Shown: positions 1 to 12,858 of the stretch, piece by piece
How positions within the stretch are numbered: position 1 is the stretch's first letter
How the letters are laid out: every line of letters starts with the position of its first letter
DNA from: Felis catus
Lineage: Eukaryota
NCBI RefSeq assembly: GCF_018350175.1
Contig: NC_058368.1
Location: 149,236,001-149,300,000 of the forward strand
Direction of reading: 5' to 3'
DNA length: 64,000 nucleotides
The notes under the pieces: model-generated
Databases searched by the model: none
Told to the model about the DNA's origin: nothing
The model's input: only the letters and a program-made list of their open reading frames with translations
Position numbers and translations under genes: made by a program

Positions 1-225
1 CCAAGAGTATATAAAGAAACAATGAAAGAGGACCTTCCCAAACAAATATCAAAGATTGCAAGCCCACACTAATTAATCCTGAATCCTCTAGAAGTGTTTC
101 CTCCAACTGGCTTGTATGGGTGAGTTCAGGGTTGAAAGGAGTAATATTTAAAGACTGTAATTTTTTATTGGTAAAAGGTGCTTCTTGTGAGACTATCAAA
201 AAATATCTGTTATTAAGACTGGCTT

Positions 226-360
226 GGGGGGATGCCTTACTAGCTCAGTTGGTACAGTGTATGACTCTTAATCTCAGGGTTGTGAGTTTAACCCTCATGT
301 TGGGCATAGAGCTTACTTAAAAAATAAATAATATATATTTTAAAATATATTAAAAAACTA
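226..360 (+). mobile_element. Short tRNA-derived carnivore SINE
   Basis: tagctcagttggta...gactcttaatctcagggttgtgagttt...agagcttacttaaaaa; tRNA-Lys-like head and A-tail. Confidence 0.8.
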
Positions 361-1146
361 AAAGATTGGATTGAGGTGCTGGGCTGCCTGTCTTTCTGGC
401 TCCTTTTCTACACAAAAATAAAAATAGTCAGGGGACTTCTGCCTGATTAGACTTTCTCGTTTCAAATTACCCCAATAGCTGTTAACTCAAAAGTCCACAA
501 TGACAAAAAACGAGAGATGAATCTTAGATTATAAAATACACTTATCTTCTCTGAAAGATAGTCTTATATTTAAAAAAATGGGGCATTAATAATATCTACA
601 TCATAGGGTTGTTGTGGCAAATATATAAACTAATGCAATGTAGAAAATTTAGTGCAGAGCTCAGGGAAATCTCAGTACATTTAAGTATCATTATTATTTT
701 AAGAATTGTGTAGTATGCTGCTTTGCACATATGTAATGCATTCCTTTTTTTATTTTAAGTGCCACTTTCCTAACTGATGCTTGTGCATTAAGAGTACAAT
801 CCTGCCTTAGAAAAACCCTAGGCTGAATGTAGGTAAATTTCTATTGTGGTACCTGTATTGCCAAGGACTGACTTTTTATATGACCTGGTACAAGTCGCTT
901 CATCACTAGAGAATACAGTTCCCTGGTATGTGATGTGTAGAACTGAACTCAACACCTCTAAATTGCCTTCTTGATCTCCAGGTTCATTTACTTCCTATGA
1001 TTAATATACACTATGTTGTTTGTGCCGTCATAACCGAAACTGAGTAAATGTATTCATCCCTCTGCTTTCTAAATAAGATGATTTGAACAAATAGAGTTTT
1101 CATGTTTCCCACATCTATCTACAATTTTTAAAAATGCTTAGCTATT

Positions 1147-1416
1147 GGGGTGCCTGGGTGGCTCAGTTGTTAAGCATCTGACTTCGGCTCAAGTCATATA
1201 TCAGAGTTCATGAGTTTGAGTCCCACATTGGGTAAGCATGAACCCTGCTTGGGGTGAATTCGAGTCCCACTTCGAGTAAACATGAACCCCGCTTTGAGTG
1301 AGCCCCACTTCTCTCTCTCCCTTTCTCTCTCTCTCCCTCTCTCTGCTGTTCTGGGGATTCTCTCTTTCTCTGCCCCTTGCTCACCTTCCCTCTCTCAAAA
1401 AAAAAAAAAAAAAAAA
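1147..1416 (+). mobile_element. CAN-SINE with atypical internally duplicated body
   Basis: tRNA-derived head GGGGTGCCTGGGTGGCTCAG, (CT)-rich region, poly(A) and TSD gc(t/c)tagctat. Confidence 0.9.
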
Positions 1417-1714
1417 GCCTAGCTATCATATCTTTACACAACGTCAAAGTTGCTAACAATAGCACCCTCTGATATGATTAAATGTGTACCTTTGGTACTA
1501 TAGAAACTGAATACCACCTCACTTTGAATATATGAACTGCATAGATGGTCAGTTCTGTTTTTTTATTATTCAAGCTCTTCCCTTAAACTAATACATTGTT
1601 ATATTACCTATCTAACCAAAATAGATTGAGAATATCTGTAATATTTGACTCAAATAAACCTTAAAAGATCTGAATCTGAATATATACTGTTGGATGCCTA
1701 AAATCCATCCTTCT

Positions 1715-2215
1715 TTTCTTCTTTGCTAAAAGAATCCTGATTTCATTCAGGTATTACTGACCGTGTCTTTCAGAAAAGACTTAAGTTCCCAAGGGCTGCA
1801 TCTTGATTAGTCTACATCATTCCCCTTTCAAGTGATTGGTTTAGAGAAAAACGTGCGACCCAATTCTGGGAAATGAGACATAAGAGAAAGTCTGTTGGGT
1901 GGCTTGTGGGCAAGGTTTCTTTGTTCTTAAAAAAGAGACTACAGGAGAAATATCCTTTTACCCCTTCTGGCCATTATCATCTCTTTGTGATATCTGCAAC
2001 TGCAGGAGCTGTTTTGGGCCTAAAAGGTGAGCCAGGCTAAGAAGCTGCAGAGTGAAAAATGGAAAAATCTGGATTCTTCTTCATTATTTGACTGAGTCAC
2101 TGAATTTATCACACTGAAATGTAATCAACTCTAGACTTCCTGTTTTGTGATATTGTAAATATCTTTATTGCTTAGGTCATTTTAAGTTGGGCTTTGGGTT
2201 ACATCTGAAACATAA
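1715..2215 (+). mobile_element. Old MaLR LTR remnant (MLT1 family)
   Basis: gtgattggtttag...gacccaattctgg...aatgagacataag...agaaagtctgttggg...ctagacttcctgtt motifs. Confidence 0.55.
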
Positions 2216-2701
2216 TATATGCTACATAATATATTACTCAGAAAAGCTAGCTGCAATAACAAACATCCAAGATCTCAGTGGCTTAAGACAAAATAGAAAT
2301 CCATTTCTTGCTCACCTTATAGTCAAATTTCAGTCAGCAGAAGCCGGTGCTCCGTGCAGACTACCGTAGCCCCATGTGGTTCTACCTCTTTTACATGCAG
2401 GAACATATTGCGGAAAGAAAGAGGTAATGGGAAACAAAGACACATTCCAATACTTGGACCTCTGTCGTGTAATCCCACCAATTCAGCTGGGAAATGCAGT
2501 CAAGCCATGTGCTCACAAGGAAGAAGAAATGGGTCTGGCATACACATAGTGTTGTCTCTAATTTTGCTTTAACAGTTCTGATATGGTAACATTTTTTTAA
2601 GTCAGTGTTGGCTTAATCATGGGGTAGTAAGCAAAAAAATAACCTGCTATACCACCTATTCCACCAAAAAAGATTCTACCCTAAGAGTATCTTGCTTTGA
2701 A

Positions 2702-2798
2702 GGCCCTCCTGTCTGGCTCAGTCAATGGAGCATGCGACTTTGATCTTGGCGTCATGAGTTCAATCCCGACGTTGGGCAGTAGAGCTTACTTAAAAAAA
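2702..2798 (+). mobile_element. Short tRNA-derived carnivore SINE
   Basis: Same short family, with TSD-like agtat..tgctttgaa on both sides. Confidence 0.8.
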
Positions 2799-3253
2799 CA
2801 GTATGATGCTTTGAAAGATATATTTGCCACTCATGTATAGTATATAAAAAATCCTTCTTCCTACTCCAATAAAACTAGGGATATTCTCTTTACATGCTGG
2901 GGAATGATACAAAGTAGGTGGGATTAATATATGGCATCTTCCCAAAGATCAAGTTTATTTTTTAATAGAAAGAAGTCTGTTCAATCAGACTGGGCATTTG
3001 ATAAAATGAGTAATAAAAACAGGTGGCTTTCAACATTTGGTTTAGAATGCAAAACTGAATGTTATGTTTATTTGTTAAGTGAGTCCCAGCTATTGGAATT
3101 TACTTTCTCTGGGTGGTTTGTCAAAATCTAAAAAGTATCTTTAATATCACTTTTGATTTGTGTCTGCTTTAATGTTTCTTTGCTATCCTATGAAGATTAA
3201 AGATTAAAAAGAATTGTTGACTAAGCTCCGGTCTCTTCTGTATATCTTTAGAG

Positions 3254-3254
<1 letters not shown>

Positions 3255-3291
<37 letters not shown>
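3255..3291. repeat. (TG)n microsatellite
   Basis: Direct inspection, about 18 units. Confidence 0.95.
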
Positions 3292-3294
<3 letters not shown>

Positions 3295-5440
3295 GATGTT
3301 CTCAGCAGCCTCATTTTACATACTATATTTTAGAAATAGTTTTTGGTGCAACAGAGCAGTACACAGATCAATCACCAACACTATCCTGTTGTTGTCTGTA
3401 ACCAGCATCTGATACTTATGGGGAAAACAGGAAGAAAAGATAACACTGAACCACCCATGGGAGATTTTTCATGTCTGGTGGGTGACAGAGAAAGTGAAGC
3501 AAAACCAATCCCATTACCACTAGTTATGCTTCAGCCACTCCAATTTCATTCATTTTGCTTTTATTTCTGATGTGCAGAAGCCGTTTGATAAATTCCCTTC
3601 TGGGGACAGGCCAGTCTTGGAAGAATGTACATTAAAAAGTTATGAAGAGTACATAATTTATTAAACCCAACTCATTATTGGAAACTGTTAGCATACAATT
3701 CATTTAATAGGAATCACTGGTGGAGAAAATGACTGTTGTTTTGATCTGATCACATAAGCTATGGCGTAATTTTCCTTGTCTGTGGTGATTTACTTAATCT
3801 TGAACAACATGAATACTCAGTTAAAGACTGCTTGCTGCTGGAAAACAGACACGTATGTTATGTTATTTATTAATGGCAATGGCTTTACATTTTTATTATG
3901 ATCTGTAACAAATAGACTCTCCAAGTTTTTAGCAAAATGATTGAATAATTGAATAGAATAGCTATATCCCTGAGTGCACAATGGACATGAATAGGAAATG
4001 GTTTTACTAACAAACACTAAGGTCTAGGAGCCCATCATTTATTAACAGCCTTCTCTCAGGAAAACAACTGATCTATCAAAAAAGATGTCCTGTCTGCCTA
4101 CTATGCACAGAGTAAGCCTGAACATTGTAAAGTGAAAACATAAAACATCAGAGCTGAAGGAGACAAGACATATACATTAAAACAGCTACTAGTCACCAAA
4201 CCCTGGATGATACCGACAAATGCTAGAAGAGGTTAGGGGAAGGTGAGAGAGCTCAGTAATACGGAATGGCTAGGGGTAAACTTTATAGCCTCAGGTCTGG
4301 CCTTAGGGAGATTTCCTTCATGTAATTTTGACATTATTTTCCAAGCCAATATCATAGAACTATGGCGGGATAATTTCAAGTGATATATTAAAATATATTT
4401 AGTCATTTCCCTATTAATGAGCATTACTTTATTTCCAGTTTTTTTCCACTACAGAGATACCGTAATAATCAATCTTGAAGTACTTTTGTTCTTTTTTTCT
4501 GTAGGATACATTTCCAGAAGTGGAATTGCTGGGTCAAAAGGTATGTGTATTTTTTTTTATTCTTGATATGTTGTCAAGAAGGCATTCAAGCTCACCTTTC
4601 CCACAGCAAGATCAGTCAGAAAGTACCATTTTGTCCATCACTGCCGGAGGTGGTTCTGTTAATCTGTTTCAGTTTTGCCTGCATGATGAGTGGGAAGTAA
4701 TCTCTCATTGTGACTTTCAGTCTTATTCCTCAAAGCTCTCAGTGGGTTTGGTATCCTTTTATATATGATTAATGGTCATTTGGATTTTTATCCTTCTACG
4801 AAATTCTAATTCCTGTCCTTTGTTTATTTCCCTATTTCATTGCCTTTCTCCTAATAAATGAAAAAATCTAAACTTTTACTTGCAGACTTTTAATGTTTAG
4901 TCTTGAATAGTGTTGCTGATATTGTAGCTGTCCACAATGCCCAATGTTAAGAGACACTGTGGAAACTAGAACATGCTCACATATGGTAATATAGGGCTAA
5001 GATACACGTGGAAACATCTATATTACCAAAGCAGTCTGTAATAAACATTTCAAAATAAAATGTCTCACAAAATTGGAGACTCCAATCACATTACTAAAAC
5101 TAAGAAGGAAAATGTATTTCTGGCTAATACAGTCAAGGGAAATTTATCATCAAGAGAATATAAATCTGTCTTTAGTTGATTGGTATGATTTTGATGAGTA
5201 TTATGTCAGAAGAGAGCAACCCATGTGGAGAAATAACAGAGATTTTAAAAACCAAATAATTAGTTTAAATGACAGAAGAATTGACCTACGTACTATGACC
5301 TTCTTAAATTTAGTAAAATTTCTTATTGTAACAATATGATATATAATTTCCAAATCCTGAAAAAAATAATTTAGAAGAATACAAATACCTTCCTTAGTAG
5401 TTTTTAAAAATGATGTTATGCTTCTTAAGAAGTGCAGAGA

Positions 5441-5676
5441 GGGGCGCCTGGGTGGCTCAGTCGGTTGAGTGTCCAACTTTGGCTCAGGTCATGATCTCGC
5501 GGTCTGGAATTTGAGCCCTGTGTGGGGCTCTGTGCTGACAGCTTGGAGCCTGGAGTCTGCTCCAGATTCTCTGTCTCCCTCTCTCTCTGCCTCTGCCCCA
5601 CTCATGTTCTGTCTGTCTGTCTCTCTCTCTCCTCTGTCAAAAATAAATAAACATTAAATTTTTTTTTAAATAAAAA
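5441..5676 (+). mobile_element. CAN-SINE (SINEC_Fc type)
   Basis: Typical head, (CT)n and A-tail, with TSD gaagtgcagaga on both sides. Confidence 0.95.
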
Positions 5677-7289
5677 AGGAAGTGCAGAGAAACATTTGTG
5701 TCTGTGTTTAGAATTTAAAATTTTAGCAACCACTAAGCAATTTCTTAGGCGATCATATTTTGAAAATTAGGAAAACCTGGAATTTATAGTAATACTTACC
5801 TCCTTCAGTAACACCAAAATTACTAAGCAGTAGCTTGAAATTCTGAAAATTAATACAACTTCCTAAAACATCTAACCTGAAATTAGCTAGAATCTGATTC
5901 AACCTGAATTGTGGTGGTATTTGACTTTTTAGCATACCCTTGTCTACTCTGTGTATTATTCAGAAGTTATTGAAATACGCATATAACCCATGTTTCTGAA
6001 GAGCCTTATTAGCTACATGGAACAAAATAAGTAATAGTAATATTAACGACTCACTTGGCGGAGCTGGGTCAGCTGAATGGGTGTAAATATATAGCTATTT
6101 CACAGTCTCCCAAAATAAACATAGAAGTCCCTGAGGGTACCTAAACTATTCTCAAAACTCTTATACTGTCCATTTAATGCTCTGCTTTTGTCGGCATTTA
6201 TAGCCTCTCCGCCTTAGTGAGATCACTACCCTCTGACACCCCTGCATTTTTCACACATCATTGCTGTTTTGATGACCACAGCAACTGAGTACTGAATACT
6301 TTGAATATTTGTATGCTGAGAAATCTCCAATAGCAAGTCATGCTAGAATCAACTAGTTGGCTCAGATCTTTTCTTTCCTACATGTTTGTTCTCCTCACTC
6401 ACCCTTCATAGTCCCAAGCTGGCAGGATCAGAAATGAGTCCCTGAGCAAGGAGGGAAGAGGAAGGCCACAAAGCTCAGAACATACAAAAGAGGCTAACAA
6501 TACTACCTTACCCACTGTGAACATGAAGCCTGAAGCGGGCTCGAAAGGTAGAAGGGAGAAGCTATAACTCTCAATGCATTTATAAACATCTTAGATCTCA
6601 CAATGAGATTTTGTGATTAAAATTTCCAGAGAATTGTTTTAACTATCATGGAGTGACCAGAACAGTCACAGGACCTGCCCTGGTGGAAAAGAACTACCCC
6701 TCCAGAGCAAGTTAGAACGAGCAATGGATAGAGAGAATAAGGTTTTCTCCTGGAAACCAACTCGTTCCTTCATTTCAAGTGTCGTGGTCATTGAATCTCT
6801 ACTGTATGCCCAGCACTCTCCTTAGCTAGGAAGATTAATAAAAAATATATTGATAAACTTAACTTTTTAAATTAATTCTGTAAGATGAACACTATCATTA
6901 CCAATCCTGTTTCCTAGATAAGGGCATTTAGGCACAAAGAGTTAATATAATTTGTCAAAGATGACTCAGCAAGTGAGTGGCAGAGCTGGGATATATTGTT
7001 CCCTGTAGGAATAAGTGAAAACAGACACATCACAGACTATGGAGAAATTCTGAGTTTCAAAGAATGCAGTCTTTACTTCTGTAAAGATTTTGAGTTGCTT
7101 TTTTTTTGAAGTAAATAAACCACAAAAACAACAAAAAATTTTAGACAATTTCCTTTTGTTCACACAGAGGCACTGCACATTTAAGTCAAGAATAAATTAC
7201 CAATAAAATGGAAAGTTACAAACAAGAAGAACTGCACACATTTTATTGATTTCTAAATTATGGTTTCTGAATTTTACATATAAGGAAGT

Positions 7290-7930
7290 GGAAAGCATAT
7301 TAGATACTACAGAAAATCAAATTAATGATACTGAAAAATATGAGAAATCCTTCTAAAACATAAAAATAATGAATAAAATAATTAAAATGAGAAAAAAATA
7401 AGCTATAAGGAAAACAAATCATCAATTTTAATCAAAGCACATGATAATGGATGAAAGAAAATTAATAATCTAAAGAATGAGATACTTTTTCCATTTAATA
7501 AAACATTCTGAAATCTGAGAGTAACTGCTATATTTTAGGAAATCAATAAAAAAAAAAACCAATATCAAAACATAGCTAGTGGAATTGTCACAGTTAAAAG
7601 GTAAAGAAAGAATCCTACAGCCATCTGGGGAAAAAAATAATAACGTACAGAGAAATAAGATAAAATTGGCCCAGATTGCTCCGCAACACTAAATGCCAGG
7701 GGACTGTGAGACAATATTTATCAAACTTTGAAGAAGTTATCCATGAATTCTATTTCCAGGAAGACTGTCAATTCTTGTGTGAAGGCAGCAGAAAAATATT
7801 GGATATGCAAATGAGCAGGTAACAGATAATATTTCCCAGATATATTTCCTGACCATATGATTTGAAGACATTCTGAAAGACAAGAATAAAAATCCAAGAA
7901 TGAAAATGTCATGCCTAAAAAGGGGTGGCT
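7290..7930 (+). mobile_element. Ancient L1 ORF1-region remnant
   Basis: A-rich sequence with aaagaaagaatcctac...gcaacactaaatgccag...aattctat motifs typical of L1M ORF1. Confidence 0.5.
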
Positions 7931-8055
7931 GTGAGCACTGACAATCAGTAAACCATATTAAGATATTTACTAATGCAATAGAAACTCTCTTATTTGAACT
8001 CAACTAATTAACAAGAACCTCCATTCCCATGTAATTCATATTTATTCTCAGTGTC

Positions 8056-8235
8056 TGTACTTGTCTTCTAAGGCAGCCATAACAAAACACCACCATTTGA
8101 ATGCCTTAAACAACAGAAAGTTATTTTGTCACAGTTCTGGGGCCTGGAAGTCCAAGATCAAGGTGCCAGCAGAATTGGTTCCTAGTGAGCCTCTTTTTCT
8201 GACTTACAGACAGCTGCCCATGTACATGAACTCCT

Positions 8236-8273
<38 letters not shown>

Positions 8274-8530
8274 AATAATCTCTACACACAATGTGAGGCT
8301 CCAACTCACAACTCTGAGGTCTAGAGTCACATGCTCTACCAACTGAGCCAGCCAAGCACTCCATCACTTCCTTTTCTTTTAGTGACACCAGCCCTATTGG
8401 ATTTCTCTCCCCACTTTATGATCTCATTTAACTTTAAATTCAAATACTTCTTTCAAAGGCTCTATCTCCAAACATACGTTAAGGGTTATAGCTTCAAATT
8501 ATGAATTTTAAAGAGATATAATTCAGTCTT
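8056..8530 (-). mobile_element. MaLR LTR (MLT1-like) containing a (CT)n tract and a short SINE (about 8267-8362, minus)
   Basis: gccataacaaaacacca...ttaaacaacagaaa...tcacagttctggggcctggaagtccaagatcaaggtgccagcag signature. Confidence 0.75.
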
Positions 8531-9357
8531 TGATGGTGTTCATAACTAAAAGGCTAATCTCAATTCACTGTATCAAACCTGCTAACTGAATGCTTATTGA
8601 CAAGTATTACTGCTAAGGCAACAGGTTATCTCTAATTTTACTTTGACTATTTAAATTACCAAATTCTACCATTTAAATTAACAAACTGTGAGTCAGCTAT
8701 GATAATTTCCAAATCTTTTTATCCAGGTATAATTACTTATTGAGTAATTTATTTAAATATTGTACAGACCAATGGAGCAGGAGTTTGAAAATCCAGAGTC
8801 ATTATATCTAAGACAAATTATAGTATTTGGGAAGAGTCAGTGAAAGGACACCACACAATGAAATTGATTTTATATTAATTAGTTGTATCTAAGGCAACTA
8901 TAGAAGGTTGAGAATAAAACTTATAAACATCCAGAAGGATTCTACCCATGGATTTCCTCATAAGTGTTCCATTTCTCACTCCACTAGAATGAAACAGAAA
9001 CTGAAAATTAATGATGATGTTTTAATACTGTGGCATAAGAAATACAAAATGAACTACAATCAGTAGAAATGTACTCAAGAAGATGTCTCAACTCTATGTA
9101 TAAATATAAGTGAATAAAGTACATTTACATGCTTTAAGCTAAAATGTTTAATTATGTGTGTATTATTTTAATAAAAGAGTCAAGCTTTTGGTTACTCAAG
9201 CAATTATGGATCATGTCATATGAAAAGGATTCTTCTGTATTTATTCTTCAGTACAAAGCTGATTATAAATCATTTAATTTGAAAAAACACTATGTATTTG
9301 TTTTAATAACAGGGATTTTAACTCTAATTTCCATTAAAATAAAATTATCAGATTACT

Positions 9358-11229
9358 AAAAGAAAGGACAATGATCCTCTCAAAGGATGCAGAGAAAGCA
9401 TTTGACAAAATACAGCATTCTTTCTTGATAAAAACCCTAAAGAAAGTAGGGAGAGAAGGATCATACCTCAAGATCATAAAAGCCATATATGAAAACCCCA
9501 CTGCTAATATCATGCTCAGTGGGGAAAACCTGAGAGGTTTCCCTGTAAGGTCAGGAACACAACAGGGATGTCCACTCTCGCCACTGTTATTCAACATAGT
9601 ATTGGAAGTCCTAGCCTCAGCAATCAGACAGCACAAAGAAATAAAAGGTGTCCAAACTTGCATTCTTCACAGACAACATGATATTCTATGGAAACCCAAA
9701 AGATTCCACCAAAAAACTGCTAGAACTGATCCATGAATTCAACAAAGTCACAGGATATAAAATCAATGCACAGAAATCGGTTGCATTTCTATACACTAAT
9801 AATGAAGCAGCAGGAAGAGAAATCAAGGAACCGATCCCATCTACAATTGCACCACAAACTTTAAAACACCTAGGAATAAATCTAACCAAAGAGGTGAAAA
9901 ATCTATACACTGAAAACTATAGAAAGGTTATGAAAGAAATTGAAGAAAACAAAAAAAATGGAAAAATATTCCATGCTCCTGGATTGGAAGAACAAGTATT
10001 TTTTAAATGTCAATACTACCCAAAGCAATCTACATATTCAATGTAATACCTACCAAAATAGCACCAGCAGTCTTCACAGAGCTAGAACACACAATCCTAA
10101 AATTTGTATGGAACCAGAAAAGACCCCGAATAGCCAAAACAATCTTGAAAAAGAAAACCAAAGCAGGAGGCATCACAGTCCTGGACTTCAAGCTGTATTA
10201 CAAAACTATAATTATCAAGACAATATGGTACTGGCACAAAAACAGACATTCATATCACTGGAACAGAATTGAGAACCCAGAAATGGACCCACAAACATAT
10301 GGCCAACTAATCTTTGACAAAGCAGGAAAGACTATCCAATGGAATAAAGACAGTCTGTTCAGCAAGTGGTGTTGGGAAAACCAAACAAATACATGCAGAA
10401 AAATGAACCTGGATCACTGTCTTATACTATACACAAAAATAAACTCAAAATGGATGAAAGACCTAAACATAAGACAGGAAGCCATCAAAATCCTAGAGGA
10501 GAAAATAGGCAAAAACCTTTGACCTCAGCCGCAGCAGCTTCTTACTCAACACGTCTCTGGAGGCAAGGGAAACAAAAGTAAAAATGAACTGCTGGGACCT
10601 CATCAACATAAAAAGCTTCTGCACAGCGAAGGAAACAATCGGCAAAACTAAAAGGCAACCGACAGAATGGGAGAAGATATTTGCAAGTGACATATCAGAT
10701 AAAGGGTTAGTATCCAAAATCTATAAAGAACTTATCAAACTCAACACCCAAAAAACAAATAATCCTGTGAAGAAATGGGCAAAAGGATGAATAGATACTT
10801 TTCCAAAGAAGACATCCAGATGGCGAACAGATCCATGAAAAAATGCTCAATATCACTCATCATGAGGGAAATGCAAATCAAAACCACAATGAGATACCAC
10901 CTCACACCTGTCAGAATGGCTAAAATTAACGACTCAGGCAACAACAGATGTTGGTGACGATGTGGAGAAGCAGGAATCCTTTTCCACTGCTGGTGGGAAT
11001 GCAAACTGGTGCAGCCACTCTGGAAAACAGTATGGAGGTTCCTCAAAAAATTAAAAATAGAAATACCCTACAACCCAGCAATTGCACTATTAGGTATTTA
11101 TCCAAGGGATATAGGTGTACTGTTTCAAAGGGGCTCATGCACCCCAATGTTTATAGCAGTGCTATTGACAATAGCCCAAGTATGGAAAAAGCCCAAATGT
11201 CCATCTATGGATGAATGGATAAAGAAGAT

Positions 11230-11276
<47 letters not shown>

Positions 11277-11297
11277 CATATATATATATACACACAC

Positions 11298-11352
<55 letters not shown>

Positions 11353-11775
11353 ATGGAGTATTACTCAGCAATCAAAAAGAATGAAATCTTGCCATTTGCA
11401 ACTACATGAGTGGAACTGGAGGATATTATGCTAAGCAAAATTAGTCAGAGAAAGACAAATACCATATGACTTCACGCATATGTGGAATTTAAGGTACAAA
11501 ACAGATGAACATAAGGGAAGGGAAGCAAAAATGATATAAAAACAGGGAGGCGTACAAAACATAAGAGACTCTTACATATAGAAAACAAACTTAGGGTTTC
11601 TGGAGGCGTTGTGGGTGGGGGGATTGGCTGAATGGGTGAGGGGCATTAAGGAAGACACTTTTTGGGATGAGCACTGGGTATTATATGCAGGGGATATTAT
11701 TGCACTATATACTAACTAACTTGGATGCAAATTTAAAAATTATAGAATTAAAAAATAATAAAAATTAATATAAAA
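9358..11775 (+). mobile_element. 5'-truncated feliform LINE-1 (3' part of ORF2, 3' UTR, A-rich tail); inactive
   Basis: Frameshifted ORF2 fragments ([53 protein letters not shown]). The RT motif FADDM has degenerated to FTDNM. Diverged TSD-like flanks at about 9335-9357 and 11771-11794. Confidence 0.95.
11233..11352. repeat. Compound (TA)n/(CA)n microsatellite inside the L1
   Basis: Direct inspection. Confidence 0.95.
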
Positions 11776-12704
11776 TAAAGTTACCAGGATGACTGAGTTG
11801 GCTGCACAATCTTTATATTTAACTGTAAGTATTGTAGTTATAAATACTGTAAGGGATGGAAGGATTTGGGGACTAATAAGAAAAAAGATATAATGTAGCA
11901 CACACAAGGCTTATTGGGCTGTACTTGGACAGAGTTGCATAAGAGAGAAGTCCCTCACAGCATGAGATTATCCAGAGGCATATGACAAGGAGGACAAGGG
12001 AAAACTTGTGGGAGACAGATATGACGGAGGAAACTAATATGTTAGTTATATATGCTACTCAACAGCATGGTTGAGAGTGTCTGGGTCAGAGGACTCCAAA
12101 GGCCCATAGCAGCTTGAGATCTTATAACCACAAGGCCCTATCCTACCAATGGCCAGCCGAAGTAGATTAAATTTATCGAAGTATGAAAAGAAGACAGGCT
12201 CTAAATGGCTAAAACTCTATTTGTTTTGACTATTATAAAAATAATTGGATGTGTAAAAATGTAAGTTTCCTACTAGTACAGTTTTGAGCCAACATATCTC
12301 AACCTGTAGTAAAGAAATAAATAACCTAGGGGTACACGATGACCATCTTTGGCTCTTTTATATAACAATATCGTTTAAGCAATATATATACTGAAACCGT
12401 TTCGCATTGATACCTGTGATATTCAACAGTGAAATTGCCAAAATATAACTGCCATACATGAGCAGGTACAAGGAGGGCTGAATATTTATTTTCCCTTAGT
12501 GAAAACAGTTCAAGCAAACAAAAACATTATATTAGAAAAATTACTGCTTAAGTATTTTTACCAAGTATAAATATATATTTTAATGTGTTTAATTATGTAT
12601 AAATTATTTTCACTTGTATAAAAAGGCCAAAAAAATGGATTATTGTCATGCTTTTCAGAGGAAATTTTTATTTTCTGCTCTCTTATTCTTTTGCTTGTGG
12701 TGTT

Positions 12705-12737
<33 letters not shown>

Positions 12738-12744
12738 TTTTGCT

Positions 12745-12858
12745 TTTTAAAAAGATTTTATTATTTTAAGTAATCTCTGCACCCAATGTGGGGCTTGAAC
12801 TCACAACCCTGAGATCAAGAGTTGCACACTCAACCAACTGTGCCAGCAAGGGGCCCCT
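12745..12858 (-). mobile_element. Short tRNA-derived carnivore SINE
   Basis: ttaagtaatctct...cccaatgtggggcttgaactcacaaccctgagatcaagag reverse signature. Confidence 0.82.

Noticed and set aside
226..320. tRNA-Lys-like sequences (also 2702, 12745, 26141)
   Set aside because: They are degenerate, A-tailed and TSD-flanked, so they are short SINEs rather than tRNA genes.
9371..11233. Series of RT-like ORFs as an active gene
   Set aside because: They are frameshifted fragments of a 5'-truncated L1 ORF2 with a mutated catalytic motif.
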